Assembly (NCBI GenBank): GCA_963697335.1
Contig: CAVONQ010000002.1
Span: 160,001 to 224,000 of the forward strand
DNA length: 64,000 nucleotides
Reading direction: 5' to 3'
Source: an uncultured cyanobacterium
Lineage (GTDB): Bacteria; Cyanobacteriota; Cyanobacteriia; PCC-6307; Cyanobiaceae
Part shown: in pieces, positions 11,537 to 21,949 of the stretch
How positions within the stretch are numbered: the first letter of the stretch is position 1
Layout: each line of letters opens with the position of its first letter
Program-made: the position numbers and the translations under genes
Notes under the pieces: model-generated
The model's database searches: none
What the model was told of the DNA's origin: nothing
The model's input: the letters and a program-made list of their open reading frames with translations, nothing else

Positions 11537-12706
11537 CTACGGGCCAGGGTGACCCTTCGTCAAGGCAGGTTGGTCCTGCCCGCTCCAGACCGGCACGGTC
11601 ACGTGGAAGCAGGCCCCCTCCCCCGGCTCCGACACCACCCAGATGCGGCCGCCATGGACCTCGGCGATGCGGCGGCACACCGAGAGGCCCACGCCATAGC
11701 CGGAGGTGGTGTCGGCGGTCTGGGGCAGCCGCACCCGATCGAGAAAGATCTGCTTCTGCTGGGCAGCGGGGATCCCCGGGCCACTGTCTCCCACGCTCAC
11801 CTCCAGCCACTGCTCGGTGCGGTGCAGCAGGGTGAGCCTCACCTCGCCCCCCGAGGGGGTGAACTTGAAGGCGTTTTCCAGCAGGTTGAGCAGAACCTGG
11901 TGCAGTCGCCGCTCGTCGCCGTAGACGTCCGGCAGGTCGGCGGGGATGTCGGTGATCAGCCGCAGCGCCTTGCCCACCCAGAGCTTCTCCAGTTCGAGGA
12001 TGGCCTCGGCGGCGAGCTTGCCCAGGCTCAGGCGCTTGGGGTTGAACAGGGCCTCCCAGCGGGTGGTGCCCACCTCGAGCAGGTCCTTGGAGAGGGCCTC
12101 GATGTCGTCGAGCCGGCGGCGCACCACCTCCTGGTAGCGACGCTCGTCGATCTGGCCGAGCTGGTGGCTCTGCAGGGCCAGCTTGGCGGCGGTGAGCGGG
12201 GTGCGGAGCTCATGGGCCACCATCCGCAGCAGCCGTTCCTGGATGCCCAGGCGCTCGATCAGGGTTTCGTTTTCCTGGCGCATCACCAGCAGCTGGTCCT
12301 CCAGCTGCAGCTCCCGCCGCGACTGGCTGGCCTCGAGATCGAGGCTGCCGCGGTTGATGCCCAGGTCGTTGACCACGGCCAGCTGCTGCCAGCGCGGCAG
12401 CCAGCTCTGCAGCCGGGGGCTGATCGGATTGCCGGCAAACACCTGGCGCGGCGCGGGGGAGAGTTTCACCAGGGCCGGGGTGGCGAGCAGCCGATGCAGC
12501 TCCAGCAGTTGCGGTTGCCGGCGCGGATCGGCGATCTCCAGCTTCACCTCGAAGCCCAGATCGTCGCGTTTGAGCACCTGCAGCAGGGCCCGCAGATCGG
12601 CACTGGCCAGCTGCTGGCCGGTCGCCACGAGCAGCAGGTTCAGCACCTGGGGGCCGACCTGGGTCGTGCTCGCGCCCGTGGCCGTGCTCGTGGAGTCCTC
12701 GTTCAC
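11537..12706 (-). CDS. sasA: adaptive-response sensor histidine kinase with KaiB-like N-terminal domain
   Basis: [18 protein letters not shown] (KaiB-like), HELRTPLT H-box, [11 protein letters not shown]-box, GYGVGL G-box. Confidence 0.9.
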   Translation of the reverse strand: MNEDSTSTATGASTTQVGPQVLNLLLVATGQQLASADLRALLQVLKRDDLGFEVKLEIADPRRQPQLLELHRLLATPALVKLSPAPRQVFAGNPISPRLQSWLPRWQQLAVVNDLGINRGSLDLEASQSRRELQLEDQLLVMRQENETLIERLGIQERLLRMVAHELRTPLTAAKLALQSHQLGQIDERRYQEVVRRRLDDIEALSKDLLEVGTTRWEALFNPKRLSLGKLAAEAILELEKLWVGKALRLITDIPADLPDVYGDERRLHQVLLNLLENAFKFTPSGGEVRLTLLHRTEQWLEVSVGDSGPGIPAAQQKQIFLDRVRLPQTADTTSGYGVGLSVCRRIAEVHGGRIWVVSEPGEGACFHVTVPVWSGQDQPALTKGHPGP

Positions 12707-12863
12707 AGGTCCCACGTTATGGCGTTTGGGCGGCGGCGTCTCAGCGTGGCTAAGACAAGGGCAAGGTCTGCCGCGCGTTGGCACCTCCTGGGTCCAAGGC
12801 CCGTTCCCAGGACGCCACACAAGTCACCCTTGCTGTAAAGCCTCTTCCGGAGGCATCGCCCCC

Positions 12864-13391
12864 ATGTCGAGCACCCCCCCGCCACGCATCCAGCTGGACA
12901 GCAACCTGAAGCGCTGGTTTGCCCGCAATCTGGGCCTCTGGAAGTCGCGCCGGGCGTATTTCTTCTCGGATGGTGAAACCTTGCAGGTGGAGATGATGCT
13001 GCGGGTGCAGGCCTTTGACTCGCCCCTGGATGGGGATGCGGCCTACCGCTTCACCTGGTGGCCGGAGAAGGAATTCGATTTCTTTGAGCGCAAGCCCCAG
13101 TACCCCCGCACCGGCACCATGGAGGCCGTGCTCTGCGGTCACCAGTTGCAGCGCAACAGCGGTTATCTGGAGGAGAGTTCAGCCGCCAGCCAGATCCGGC
13201 AGGTGGATGAGCACGAGCTGATCTTCACCTCGCACTACGGCGACTGGACCATCCTCGAGCACATTCGCCTGGTGGACCAGGACCGCTACCGCTCGCGCTT
13301 CATCTACTCCTGGCGCCATGGTGCCCTGGAGATTGCTGAAAGCCACCACGAGCTGCACCTGGAACCGGCCGGGGAGCTGCTGCAGAGCTGA
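12864..13391 (+). CDS. conserved hypothetical protein, possibly CpcS/CpeS-like beta-barrel (phycobiliprotein lyase-like)
   Basis: WFARNLGLWKSRR N-terminus and ...EHIRLVDQDRYRSR...E.HHE C-terminus loosely resemble S/U-type lyases. Confidence 0.5.
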   Translation: MSSTPPPRIQLDSNLKRWFARNLGLWKSRRAYFFSDGETLQVEMMLRVQAFDSPLDGDAAYRFTWWPEKEFDFFERKPQYPRTGTMEAVLCGHQLQRNSGYLEESSAASQIRQVDEHELIFTSHYGDWTILEHIRLVDQDRYRSRFIYSWRHGALEIAESHHELHLEPAGELLQS

Positions 13392-13423
13392 GGCCCCCTG
13401 GCTGCAGCGGTGATGCAGCATGG

Positions 13424-13897
13424 GTGGATTCTCAGCGCGTGGTGCTTGTGGGTTGCCGATCGGGCCGCGCTGGGCTGCTGGTGCTGCCGCTGTTGGCGGT
13501 ACTGGCCTCGCCCCGCCCCCTCCAGGCCGCCGCGGCCACGGAGGCCGAGATGGACCTCTACACGCGCATCGCTTCCCTCAACGTGTGCCTCGCCCTGGTG
13601 GCCGAGGTGCCGTTCGACAAGGCGGTGGCGGTGGCCGGCGAGACCATCGCCAGGGTGATCCGCGGCGAGCACGACAGCGCCATTGAACAGCTGGGCGGCC
13701 AGCCGCTCAGCCTCGAGGAGCTGCGCAAGGGCTCGATCAACTCGGCGGTGCTGGGGGCGGTGGAGATCTGCCCGGGCCAGGTGCCCGACACGGTGCGCCG
13801 TGATGTGGAGGCGGCAGTGCAGCGGGTCACCGGATCCGAGGCGATTCCGCCCCCGCCCCAGCCGGCCACCCTCCCCCCCGGCGACGCCGCCAACTGA
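13424..13897 (+). CDS. hypothetical exported protein
   Basis: Signal-peptide-like hydrophobic N-terminus, two Cys, host-like codon usage. Confidence 0.65.
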   Translation: MDSQRVVLVGCRSGRAGLLVLPLLAVLASPRPLQAAAATEAEMDLYTRIASLNVCLALVAEVPFDKAVAVAGETIARVIRGEHDSAIEQLGGQPLSLEELRKGSINSAVLGAVEICPGQVPDTVRRDVEAAVQRVTGSEAIPPPPQPATLPPGDAAN

Positions 13898-13914
13898 TCC
13901 CCAGCTCCTCCCCC

Positions 13915-16611
13915 ATGGCCACGGTGCACCGCTGCGACTACCGCCCCGCCCCCTGCCTGCTCGATCGCACCGACCTGACGGTGCGGCTGTTCGACGACCA
14001 CACCGAGGTGGAGGCCCGCCTGGCCCTGCGGCCCAACCCCGCCGCGGAGCCGGGGCCGCTGGAGCTGCGCGGCCTGAACCTGGAGCTGCTGGAGCTCCAC
14101 CTCGATGCCGAACCGCTGGAGGCCTCGGCCTATGGACTCCTTGACGACGGCCTGGTGCTGCGGCAGCCGCCCCAGCGCCCCTTTGTGCTGCGCAGCCTGG
14201 TGCGGATCCATCCCGAGCAGAACACCACCCTGGAGGGGCTCTATGTGAGCAGTGGCCTGTTCACGACGCAGTGTGAGGCCGAGGGGTTCCGCCGCATCAC
14301 TTATCACCCCGACCGCCCCGATCTGCTCAGCCGCTTTCAGGTGCGGATCGAGGCCGATCGCCAGGCCTGCCCGGTGCTGCTCTCCAACGGCAACTGCGTG
14401 GAGAGTGGCCCCCTGCCGGGCGACCCTGGGCGCCACTACGCCATCTGGGACGACCCCTTCCCCAAGCCCTCCTACCTGTTTGCCCTGGTGGCGGGCCAGC
14501 TGGAGGAGGTGCGCGACAGCTTCACCACCGCCAGTGGCCGCACGGTGCAGCTGCGGCTGCACGTGGAGGCGGGCGACGGCCCCTTCACGGCCCACGCCAT
14601 GGCCTCCCTGAAGCGGGCGATGGCCTGGGATGAGCAGCGCTATGGGCTGGAGTACGACCTCGATGAGTTCAACATCGTGGCGGTGCGTCACTTCAACATG
14701 GGCGCCATGGAGAACAAGAGCCTGAACATCTTCAACTCCAAGCTGGTGCTGGCAGACCAGGAAACGGCCACAGATGCTGAGCTCGAGCGAATCGAAAGCG
14801 TGGTGGCCCATGAATACTTCCACAACTGGACGGGCAATCGCATCACCTGCCGCGACTGGTTCCAGCTCTCCCTGAAGGAGGGCCTCACGGTGTTCCGGGA
14901 TCAGAGTTTCAGCGCTGATCTTCACGGCGCGGCCCTCAATCGCATCGAAAACGTCTCGATGCTGCGCAACACCCAGTTTCGAGAAGATGCTGGCCCCACG
15001 GCCCATCCCGTGCAGCCGGATGCCTACCAGGCCATCGATAACTTTTACACCACCACCATCTATGAAAAGGGCGCGGAGGTGATCCGCGCCCTCCACACCC
15101 TGCTGGGTGAGGAGACCTTCATGCAGGGCATGGCGCTCTACGTGCGCCGCCACGACGGCTCCGCCGCCACCTGCGACGATTTCGTGCAGGCCATGCAGGA
15201 CGCCGCCGAGGCCGCCTGGGCCGCCGGAACCCCGGCGGTGGCCCGCTTCGATGTCGATCAGTTCCGGCGTTGGTATCACCAGGCCGGCACGCCGGTGCTG
15301 CAGATCCACCGCCACTGGGACGGCGAGCGGGGCGAGCTGGAGCTGGTGATCCAGCAGCGCACCCCCCCGACGCCTGGCCAGCCTGACAAGCAGCCCCTGG
15401 TGATTCCCCTGGCCCTCGGTCTGATCGATCAGGCCGGAGCACCCCTGCCCGTGCGGCTGGAGGGCGAGGACGAGGCCACGGCGGCTGCCGCCCAGCGACC
15501 CCTCTCCTGGGGGCAGGGCACCCGGCTGCTGGTGATTGAGGCCGAGCGGCAGCGGCTGCGCCTGGTGGGCCTGCCGCGCCAGGCCCATCCCCCCGCCCTG
15601 TCGCTGCTGCGGCAGTTCTCGGCGCCGCTGAAGCTGGAGATGGGCCGCCCCAGCAGCGAGCTCGTGCATCTCCTTGCCCATGACAGCGAGGCCTTCGCCC
15701 GCTGGGATGCCGGCCAGGGGCTGCTGCGCCAGGCGGTGCTCGCCCGCGCCGCCGGCCACCCCGACGGGGGGCTGGAGGATGCCCTGATCACGGCCTTTGG
15801 CCGGATCCTGCACGACCCCCGGCTCTCGGAGGCCAGCCGCGCCACGCTGCTGGCCCTGCCAGGGCTGGCGGAGCTTGAGGATGGCCCTGGCGTGCCCGAT
15901 CCGCCGGCCCTGTTCGATGCCCTGGAGGCGCTGCGGGGCCTGTTCGGGGCAGCCCTGGCGGAGCCCCTGCAGGCGGCCCTGGAGCGCTGCACCCCGGAGT
16001 GGGGCCTGGCCTGGCCCAAGGGCAATGGCGCCCGGATGCTCACCGGCACGATCTGGAGCTGGCGCGCCGCGGCAGGGGATCCGGTGGTGATCGCGGCGGC
16101 CAGGGCGGCGGTGGATGGTCCGTCGATGACCCTGGCGCGGGCTGGCCTGCGGGCCCTGCAGGCCCGGGAGATCCCGGAGCGTCAGGCGGCGGTGGAGGCC
16201 TTTTACGGCCGCTGGCAGGCCAGGCCCGTGATCCTGGATGCCTGGTTTGCCCTGGAGGCCTCGGCCCCGTTTGCCGATGGTCTGGAGCGGGTGCAACGGC
16301 TGCTGCAGCACCCCCGCTTCGACCCTGCGGCCCCCAACTCGGTGCGCGCCGTGCTGGGGGGCCTGGCCGGCAATCCGCCGGTGTTCCATGCCGCCGATGG
16401 CAGCGGCTACCGCTTCATGGCCAGCCAGATCGAGGCCCTCGACCAGCGCAACCCGATCACCGCCTCGCGCCTGGCCAAGGTGTTCAGCCGCTGGCAGAGC
16501 TACGGCCCCAGCCGCGGCGGCCAGATGCGCCTGGCCCTTGAGACCCTGGCGGCAGCAGAGCTGTCCACCAACAGCCGCGAAGTGGTGCAGCAGTGCCTGG
16601 GGGCGGTCTGA
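13915..16611 (+). CDS. pepN: aminopeptidase N (M1 family)
   Basis: TQCEAEGFRRIT, GAMENK, HEYFH..E zinc motif, YEKGAEV. Confidence 0.97.
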   Translation: MATVHRCDYRPAPCLLDRTDLTVRLFDDHTEVEARLALRPNPAAEPGPLELRGLNLELLELHLDAEPLEASAYGLLDDGLVLRQPPQRPFVLRSLVRIHPEQNTTLEGLYVSSGLFTTQCEAEGFRRITYHPDRPDLLSRFQVRIEADRQACPVLLSNGNCVESGPLPGDPGRHYAIWDDPFPKPSYLFALVAGQLEEVRDSFTTASGRTVQLRLHVEAGDGPFTAHAMASLKRAMAWDEQRYGLEYDLDEFNIVAVRHFNMGAMENKSLNIFNSKLVLADQETATDAELERIESVVAHEYFHNWTGNRITCRDWFQLSLKEGLTVFRDQSFSADLHGAALNRIENVSMLRNTQFREDAGPTAHPVQPDAYQAIDNFYTTTIYEKGAEVIRALHTLLGEETFMQGMALYVRRHDGSAATCDDFVQAMQDAAEAAWAAGTPAVARFDVDQFRRWYHQAGTPVLQIHRHWDGERGELELVIQQRTPPTPGQPDKQPLVIPLALGLIDQAGAPLPVRLEGEDEATAAAAQRPLSWGQGTRLLVIEAERQRLRLVGLPRQAHPPALSLLRQFSAPLKLEMGRPSSELVHLLAHDSEAFARWDAGQGLLRQAVLARAAGHPDGGLEDALITAFGRILHDPRLSEASRATLLALPGLAELEDGPGVPDPPALFDALEALRGLFGAALAEPLQAALERCTPEWGLAWPKGNGARMLTGTIWSWRAAAGDPVVIAAARAAVDGPSMTLARAGLRALQAREIPERQAAVEAFYGRWQARPVILDAWFALEASAPFADGLERVQRLLQHPRFDPAAPNSVRAVLGGLAGNPPVFHAADGSGYRFMASQIEALDQRNPITASRLAKVFSRWQSYGPSRGGQMRLALETLAAAELSTNSREVVQQCLGAV

Positions 16612-16634
16612 GCCTGAGCCCCCTTAGGCACTGA

Positions 16635-17879
16635 TCAGCGGCCCTTGCCGTTCACCTCCTCATGCAGCTTGCGGAAGGCCGCCTTGCGGGAGGCGCCGCC
16701 CTCCGGGCCGGCGTGGACGCCCCAGAGCCCTTCCCAATAGAAATAGATCACGCCGTGGCCCCGGGCGGTGGCCAGTTTCACCTTCTCGCGCAGGGTGGCC
16801 ATGTTCGGGGTGCGGCCGCCAAACCCCGCCAGGATGCCGATCTCCACAGGCATGCCCCACTCCTTGGCCTTCACCAGGGCCGGTTGGTTGAGATCCTTGG
16901 CGAAGCCCTGCACCGAGTAGGCGTAGTTCTGCACGATCAGGTCGTCCACCAGCTCGCCCACCGACCAGAGCTCCCAGTCCTGCAGCCAGCGGTTGTAGGC
17001 GAAGCGGAACGGACCAGGCGAGAGGCTGATCACCCGCTCGGGCGGTTGCCCCCGGCGGCCGCGGCCCGAGCTGGCATCCAGCTCGTTGAGTTGCTGCCGC
17101 AGCTCGCGCAGCAGGTCGGTGAGCTGCTGGCGGCGCCACTTCATCCAGAAGCGGTCGGTGTGGTTGGCGGGGGGATCCACCCCCTTCTCGGCCCGGTAGA
17201 GCTGGCGGGTGTAGGGGTCGTAGCCGAGTTCCACCGGCCAGGCGAAGTGGTCGTCGAGCTGGATGCCATCCACGTCACAGCGTTGCACGATCTCGGTGAT
17301 CAGGCCGAGGAAGCGCTGCCGCACCCCCGGGTGGGCCGGGTTCAGCCACACCATCGTGGTGCCGTGCATGGCCACCCCCGTGCTGCCGTCGCGGCGCTGC
17401 AGCACCCATTCCGGCCGCTCCCGCACGATGGCGGCATTGGCCGGCTCCATCAGGCCGTACTCGAACCAGGGGATCACCTCCATGCCACGCCGCCGGGCGC
17501 TGCGGGTGAGCCGGCAAATCGGATCGAGATCGGGGTTCGCCTTGGCCAGGGCCGGCTCCATCGGCGCGTGGCGCGAGCGGTGGAACGTGGTGCCCCGGCT
17601 CCAGACGTTCGGGTAGAGGGTGGTGAAGCCGCTGCTGGCCAGGTCGGCCACGGCCCGATCCAGGCGTGGGCCGTCGTAGTAGAGGGTGCTGGGGCTGTTG
17701 GTGAGCCACACGCCGATGCGGCGGGTCTGGGACCCGCTGGGGCGGGCGGCGGCCCCGAATGGCAGGCCCATCACTGCTGCGAGCAGCACGTTGAGGCTCA
17801 CCGGCAGCAGGGCCTTGAGCCGGCTGCCCCGCTTCAGCGGAACATGGAGCTCACGGAGCTTTCCTCGTGGATGCGCCAA
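16635..17879 (-). CDS. GHL10/DUF187-type glycoside hydrolase-like protein
   Basis: GVWLTN, IPWFEYG, WLNPAHP, DGIQLDDHF. Start uncertain, probably near the prs stop. Confidence 0.82.
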   Translation of the reverse strand: MAHPRGKLRELHVPLKRGSRLKALLPVSLNVLLAAVMGLPFGAAARPSGSQTRRIGVWLTNSPSTLYYDGPRLDRAVADLASSGFTTLYPNVWSRGTTFHRSRHAPMEPALAKANPDLDPICRLTRSARRRGMEVIPWFEYGLMEPANAAIVRERPEWVLQRRDGSTGVAMHGTTMVWLNPAHPGVRQRFLGLITEIVQRCDVDGIQLDDHFAWPVELGYDPYTRQLYRAEKGVDPPANHTDRFWMKWRRQQLTDLLRELRQQLNELDASSGRGRRGQPPERVISLSPGPFRFAYNRWLQDWELWSVGELVDDLIVQNYAYSVQGFAKDLNQPALVKAKEWGMPVEIGILAGFGGRTPNMATLREKVKLATARGHGVIYFYWEGLWGVHAGPEGGASRKAAFRKLHEEVNGKGR

Positions 17880-18841
17880 ATCGCCTCGCCCAGCATGTTG
17901 GCTACGGATAGCACCCGGAGCTGGGGGAAGTGGCGCTCCTCGGCCAGGGGGATGCTGTTGGTCACCACCACCTCCTCAAACAGGCCCGGCTCGGAGAGGC
18001 GCTCCACGGCGGGGGGCGAGAAGACGGCGTGGGTGGCGCAGCAGAACACCCGGGCGGCCCCGTTGCGGCGCAGCAGCTTGGCGCCCTGGGCGATCGTGCC
18101 GCCGGTGTCGATCATGTCGTCGATCAGCACGGCGGTCTTGCCGGCCACATCGCCGATCACGGTGAGGCTCTCCGCCACGTTGTGGGCGGCGCGGCGCTTG
18201 TCAATGATCGCCAGGGGGGCATCGTCCATCTGCTTGGCGAAGGCCCGGGCCCGGGCCACCCCGCCCACGTCCGGCGACACCACCACCATCTCGTCGAGAT
18301 GGCGGGTGCGCAGATAGTCCACCAGCACCGGCGAGCCGTAGATGTGATCGCAGGGGATGTCGAAGTAGCCCTGGATCTGGGAGGAGTGCAGATCCATGGC
18401 CAGCACCCGGTCCACGCCGCTCTTGGTGAGCAGGTTGGCCACCAGCTTGGCGGTGATCGATTCGCGGCCGGCGGTCTTGCGGTCGGCGCGGGCGTAGCCG
18501 TAGTAGGGGATCACGGCGGTGACCTGCCGGGCTGAGGCCCGCTTGCAGGCATCCACCATGATCAGCAGCTCCATCAGGTGGTCGTTCACCGGGGCGCAGG
18601 TGGGCTGCACCAGGAACACGTCGCAGCCGCGGATCGACTCCTGGATCTGGATGTAGGTCTCGCCGTCGGCGAAGCGCTTGATCACCCGGGGACCGTCCGG
18701 CACGCCGAGGTAGGCGCCGATCTCCCGGGCCAGGTCGTGGTTGGAGGTGCCACTGAACAGGCGCAGCCGCCGGGTGTCGTGGGCGGGTTCGGTGGCGGTG
18801 CGCTCCTGTGCCAGCCGATCAGCGGTGAGAAAACTGGTCAC
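17834..18841 (-). CDS. prs: ribose-phosphate pyrophosphokinase
   Basis: PYYGYARADRK, DLHSSQIQGYF, SPDVGG, DDMIDTGGT. Confidence 0.97.
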   Translation of the reverse strand: MTSFLTADRLAQERTATEPAHDTRRLRLFSGTSNHDLAREIGAYLGVPDGPRVIKRFADGETYIQIQESIRGCDVFLVQPTCAPVNDHLMELLIMVDACKRASARQVTAVIPYYGYARADRKTAGRESITAKLVANLLTKSGVDRVLAMDLHSSQIQGYFDIPCDHIYGSPVLVDYLRTRHLDEMVVVSPDVGGVARARAFAKQMDDAPLAIIDKRRAAHNVAESLTVIGDVAGKTAVLIDDMIDTGGTIAQGAKLLRRNGAARVFCCATHAVFSPPAVERLSEPGLFEEVVVTNSIPLAEERHFPQLRVLSVANMLGEAIWRIHEESSVSSMFR

Positions 18842-18910
18842 GGCGGGCGCAGACGCGTCGGCTCAAGTCTGATGGTAGAAGCGAGCCGGCCCGCACGACT
18901 GCAAACAACC

Positions 18911-19567
18911 ATGACGCTTTCCGAGCCGCTCCACGCCCGGGAGAGGGGTTCCGCTCCGGGCTTGCCGCCGCTGCCGCCCCGACTGGTGCTGGTGGCTGCC
19001 GGCCCGCCCGAGTCGGTGTCCGCCCTGTTGCAGCAGGCGGCTCCGGCCCTGGCCAGGGTGCTGGGGGCGGGTCTGGGCCCGGGCCTGGCCGGGGCGGCGG
19101 GCCGGGGCGATCCCGCAGAGGAACTGGCAGCCCTGCTGGCCGGCGGGCCCCCGGTTGATCAGTTGCCATCGGAGCAGGCGCCATCCGATCGGTCGGCGCC
19201 AAGGCCCGTGCTGGTGCCGCTGCTGGTCGATCCAGGGCTCAGCCTGGAGGACGGCAGTTGCTGGGCCGAGGCCCTTGGGGCCTGGCGCCAGCCCACCGTG
19301 GTGGTGCTGGGCGCTGGGCAGCTGCGCAGCGGGCTGCCGGCGGCCATGACCGCCCTGCTGCGCCAGGCGGCGGTGCCGCTGGCCGGCCTGGTGCAGTGGG
19401 GCCTGCCCTGGGAGCCGGAGCGCCGTCGCCGGGAGGCCCTGCCCTGGCTCGGTGCCCTCGACAGCATCAGTGGGGATGGGGCCCGTGCTGTGGAGGCCGC
19501 CCATTCCCATGACCAGGGCCGCCATCTGGCCCTGGCCCTGCGGCTGGCCTGCGACCAGCTGAGGTAG
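18911..19567 (+). CDS. hypothetical protein
   Basis: ORF fills the gap between prs and the LCP gene; WAEALGAWRQP segment looks protein-like. Confidence 0.6.
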   Translation: MTLSEPLHARERGSAPGLPPLPPRLVLVAAGPPESVSALLQQAAPALARVLGAGLGPGLAGAAGRGDPAEELAALLAGGPPVDQLPSEQAPSDRSAPRPVLVPLLVDPGLSLEDGSCWAEALGAWRQPTVVVLGAGQLRSGLPAAMTALLRQAAVPLAGLVQWGLPWEPERRRREALPWLGALDSISGDGARAVEAAHSHDQGRHLALALRLACDQLR

Positions 19568-19571
19568 GCCT

Positions 19572-20651
19572 TCAGGTGCCGGCGGGCTTGTTCCCCCCTG
19601 GCGGGGGCCAGAGGCTGCTGGGGGCCGACTTGGCGACCTGCCGCAGCTCCGATCCCCCGGCTGCTGCCTTGTTGCCGTCCTTGGCGGAGGCCTTGGGGGG
19701 AGGGGCCAGGGGCACGGTGGCGAAGCTCACGCTCTGGTTGGGTCGCAGGGTGGCGGCCATCAGGCTGAGCACCTCGGCAGAGCTGAGGTTGGTCTCCACT
19801 TGCCCGCTGAGGCTCTGGACCAGGGCCGGAATGTCCTGGCTGCGCCCGGGGGTGCTGAGCTCCTTGAGCAGGCTGCGCATCACCGCTTCCTGATTGGCGC
19901 TGCGGCTCTCGATCGGCCGTCCCGGGTCGCGGTAGCGCACCAGGTGCTCCACCTGGGCAGCCTTGAGCCGCTGGACGCCGCTCTGAAGGTCGATCTTGAG
20001 TCCCTGGCGCTTGTCCTCGTAGGCCATGGTGCTGCCCGGATTCACCTCCAGGGCGCCGAGGCCATCCACGAGGCTGCGCAGGGCGCCGCGGCTCAGCACC
20101 AGGTAGCGGTCCGGTTCGGTGCTGGTGAGCCCCACCAGGTTGCGGGCGGCATCGGCCGTGAGCGCGACGCCGCCCTCGCGGTAGAGACTGCCGAGTGACT
20201 TGAGCCCGGTGCTGCCCGGCAGCTTCACCGCCAGGGCGGTGGGCAGGTTGAGCACCTGCAGCGGGCCGCCGGGGTTGACCCGCAGCAGCAGCAGGGCGTC
20301 GGCATTGGCGGCTCCGGCGGGAGCGGCCTTGTTGTTGGGGTCCTGCAGGCGATCGGCGTCAACCCCGATCACCAGCACGGTGACGGCGCGGCTGGGCGGC
20401 TTGGCCAGATCGGTGAGGGCGTCCGCTGACTGGGACCCGCCACTCGGGTCCGACCGGGGCCAGAGCACCCCCAGCAGGCCGAATCCTGCCCAGGCGCCCA
20501 TGGCCACCAGGGCCAGACGCAGCACCACAATCGGCCGCAGCCAGGAGGCAAGCCGCTTACCGCCCCGAGGGGAACTGCGCTGCGGGGCAGGGCCGGCGGC
20601 CGGTTGGGTCGTGGGGCTGGAGGGCATCGGGATCGCTGGGCGCCCGTTCAT
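19572..20651 (-). CDS. LCP (LytR-CpsA-Psr) family protein
   Basis: Single TM helix, then VLVIGVD, NADALLL, IDLQSG, LVRYR. Start is ATG 20651 or 20627. Confidence 0.8.
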   Translation of the reverse strand: MNGRPAIPMPSSPTTQPAAGPAPQRSSPRGGKRLASWLRPIVVLRLALVAMGAWAGFGLLGVLWPRSDPSGGSQSADALTDLAKPPSRAVTVLVIGVDADRLQDPNNKAAPAGAANADALLLLRVNPGGPLQVLNLPTALAVKLPGSTGLKSLGSLYREGGVALTADAARNLVGLTSTEPDRYLVLSRGALRSLVDGLGALEVNPGSTMAYEDKRQGLKIDLQSGVQRLKAAQVEHLVRYRDPGRPIESRSANQEAVMRSLLKELSTPGRSQDIPALVQSLSGQVETNLSSAEVLSLMAATLRPNQSVSFATVPLAPPPKASAKDGNKAAAGGSELRQVAKSAPSSLWPPPGGNKPAGT

Positions 20652-20725
20652 CAGTGGTGCACCACTTTGACTCACCCCCTGCAGGTCTCCACCCGATAGG
20701 TTGAGCGTCAGCGAGAGGCCCTGCC

Positions 20726-21949
20726 TTGCCGGCCCGTTCCCCATCCCCGTCAGGCGGTGCCCTGGCCCCCCATGAACGGGCCCTTCCCCTGGCCAAGGGC
20801 AGTGTCTACCCCGCCAAGGAGCTCTGCAGCCAGTGCGGGCTCTGCGACAGCCGCTGGGTGGCCTATGTGCGGCAGAGCTGCGCCTTCCTCACCCAGCGCT
20901 TCGAGGCCATGGAGGCCGCCGCCCACGGCCGCAGCCGCGACCTCGACCAGGAGGACGAGCTCTACTTCGGCGTGCACCAGCGGATGCTGAGCGCTCGTCT
21001 GCGCCAGCCCCTGGAGGGGGCCCAGTGGACCGGCATCGTCAGCCGCATCGGCGTGCGCGCCCTGGAGACGGGGCTGGTGGATGCGGTGCTGTGCGTGGGC
21101 CAGAGCGAGCACGATCGCTTCACCCCCGTGCCGCTGCTGGCCCGCACCCCGGCCGAGGTGCTCGCCGCCCGGGTGAACAAGCCCACCCTTTCGCCCAACC
21201 TGGAGGTGCTGGAGCAGCTCCCAGGCAGCGGCATCCGGCGGCTGCTGGCCATCGGCGTGGGCTGCCAGATCCAGGCCCTCAGGGCCGTGCAGCCCACCCT
21301 GCCCCTCGATGCGCTCTACGTGCTGGGCCTGCCCTGCGTGGACAACGTGTCCCGCGAGGGACTGCAGACCTTCCTGGAGAGCACCGTGAGCTCGCCGCAC
21401 ACCGTGGTGCACTACGAGTTCATGCAGGACTTCCGCATCCACTTCCGCCACAGCGACGGCCGCACCGAAACCGTGCCCTTCTTCGGGCTCGACACGCCGA
21501 AGCTCAAGGATGTGTTCGCCCCCAGCTGCCTGAGCTGCTTCGACTACACCAATGCCGGTGCCGACCTGGTGGTGGGCTACATGGGAGCCAGTTTCGGGCG
21601 GCAGTGGATCACGGTGCGCAACCCCCTGGGCCAGCAGCTGCTCGACCTGGTGGAGCCGGAGCTGGACGTGGCCCCCGTGACCAGCCGCGGCGATCGCCGC
21701 GCCGCCGTGCAGCAGGGCATCGAGGCCTATGACAAGGCCGTGAAGCTGCCGCGCTGGCTCGCCGATCTGATCGGGGCGTTCGTGCAACGTTTCGGCCCCA
21801 AGGGGCTGGAATATGGCCGCTTCTCGATCGATTCCCACTTCACCCGCAACGCACTCTGGGTGCGGCGCCATCATCCTGAGAAGGCCGAGGCCCACATCCC
21901 GGCATTCGCCAAGAAGATCGTCAGTCGTTACCGGTTGCCTTCAGCGTGA
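20726..21949 (+). CDS. bciB: F420-hydrogenase beta-subunit homolog; ferredoxin-dependent 8-vinyl (divinyl chlorophyllide) reductase
   Basis: PAKELCSQCGLCD, GAQWTGIVS, GVGCQ, PCVDN, SCLSCFDY. Confidence 0.82.
   Translation: MPARSPSPSGGALAPHERALPLAKGSVYPAKELCSQCGLCDSRWVAYVRQSCAFLTQRFEAMEAAAHGRSRDLDQEDELYFGVHQRMLSARLRQPLEGAQWTGIVSRIGVRALETGLVDAVLCVGQSEHDRFTPVPLLARTPAEVLAARVNKPTLSPNLEVLEQLPGSGIRRLLAIGVGCQIQALRAVQPTLPLDALYVLGLPCVDNVSREGLQTFLESTVSSPHTVVHYEFMQDFRIHFRHSDGRTETVPFFGLDTPKLKDVFAPSCLSCFDYTNAGADLVVGYMGASFGRQWITVRNPLGQQLLDLVEPELDVAPVTSRGDRRAAVQQGIEAYDKAVKLPRWLADLIGAFVQRFGPKGLEYGRFSIDSHFTRNALWVRRHHPEKAEAHIPAFAKKIVSRYRLPSA

Noticed and set aside
13558..16389. 943-aa antisense ORF, and similar long ORFs such as 49565-52012, 2173-3924 and 16662-18317
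   Set aside because: Shadow frames opposite clear genes (pepN, katG and others). They are expected at high GC and have no recognisable motifs.
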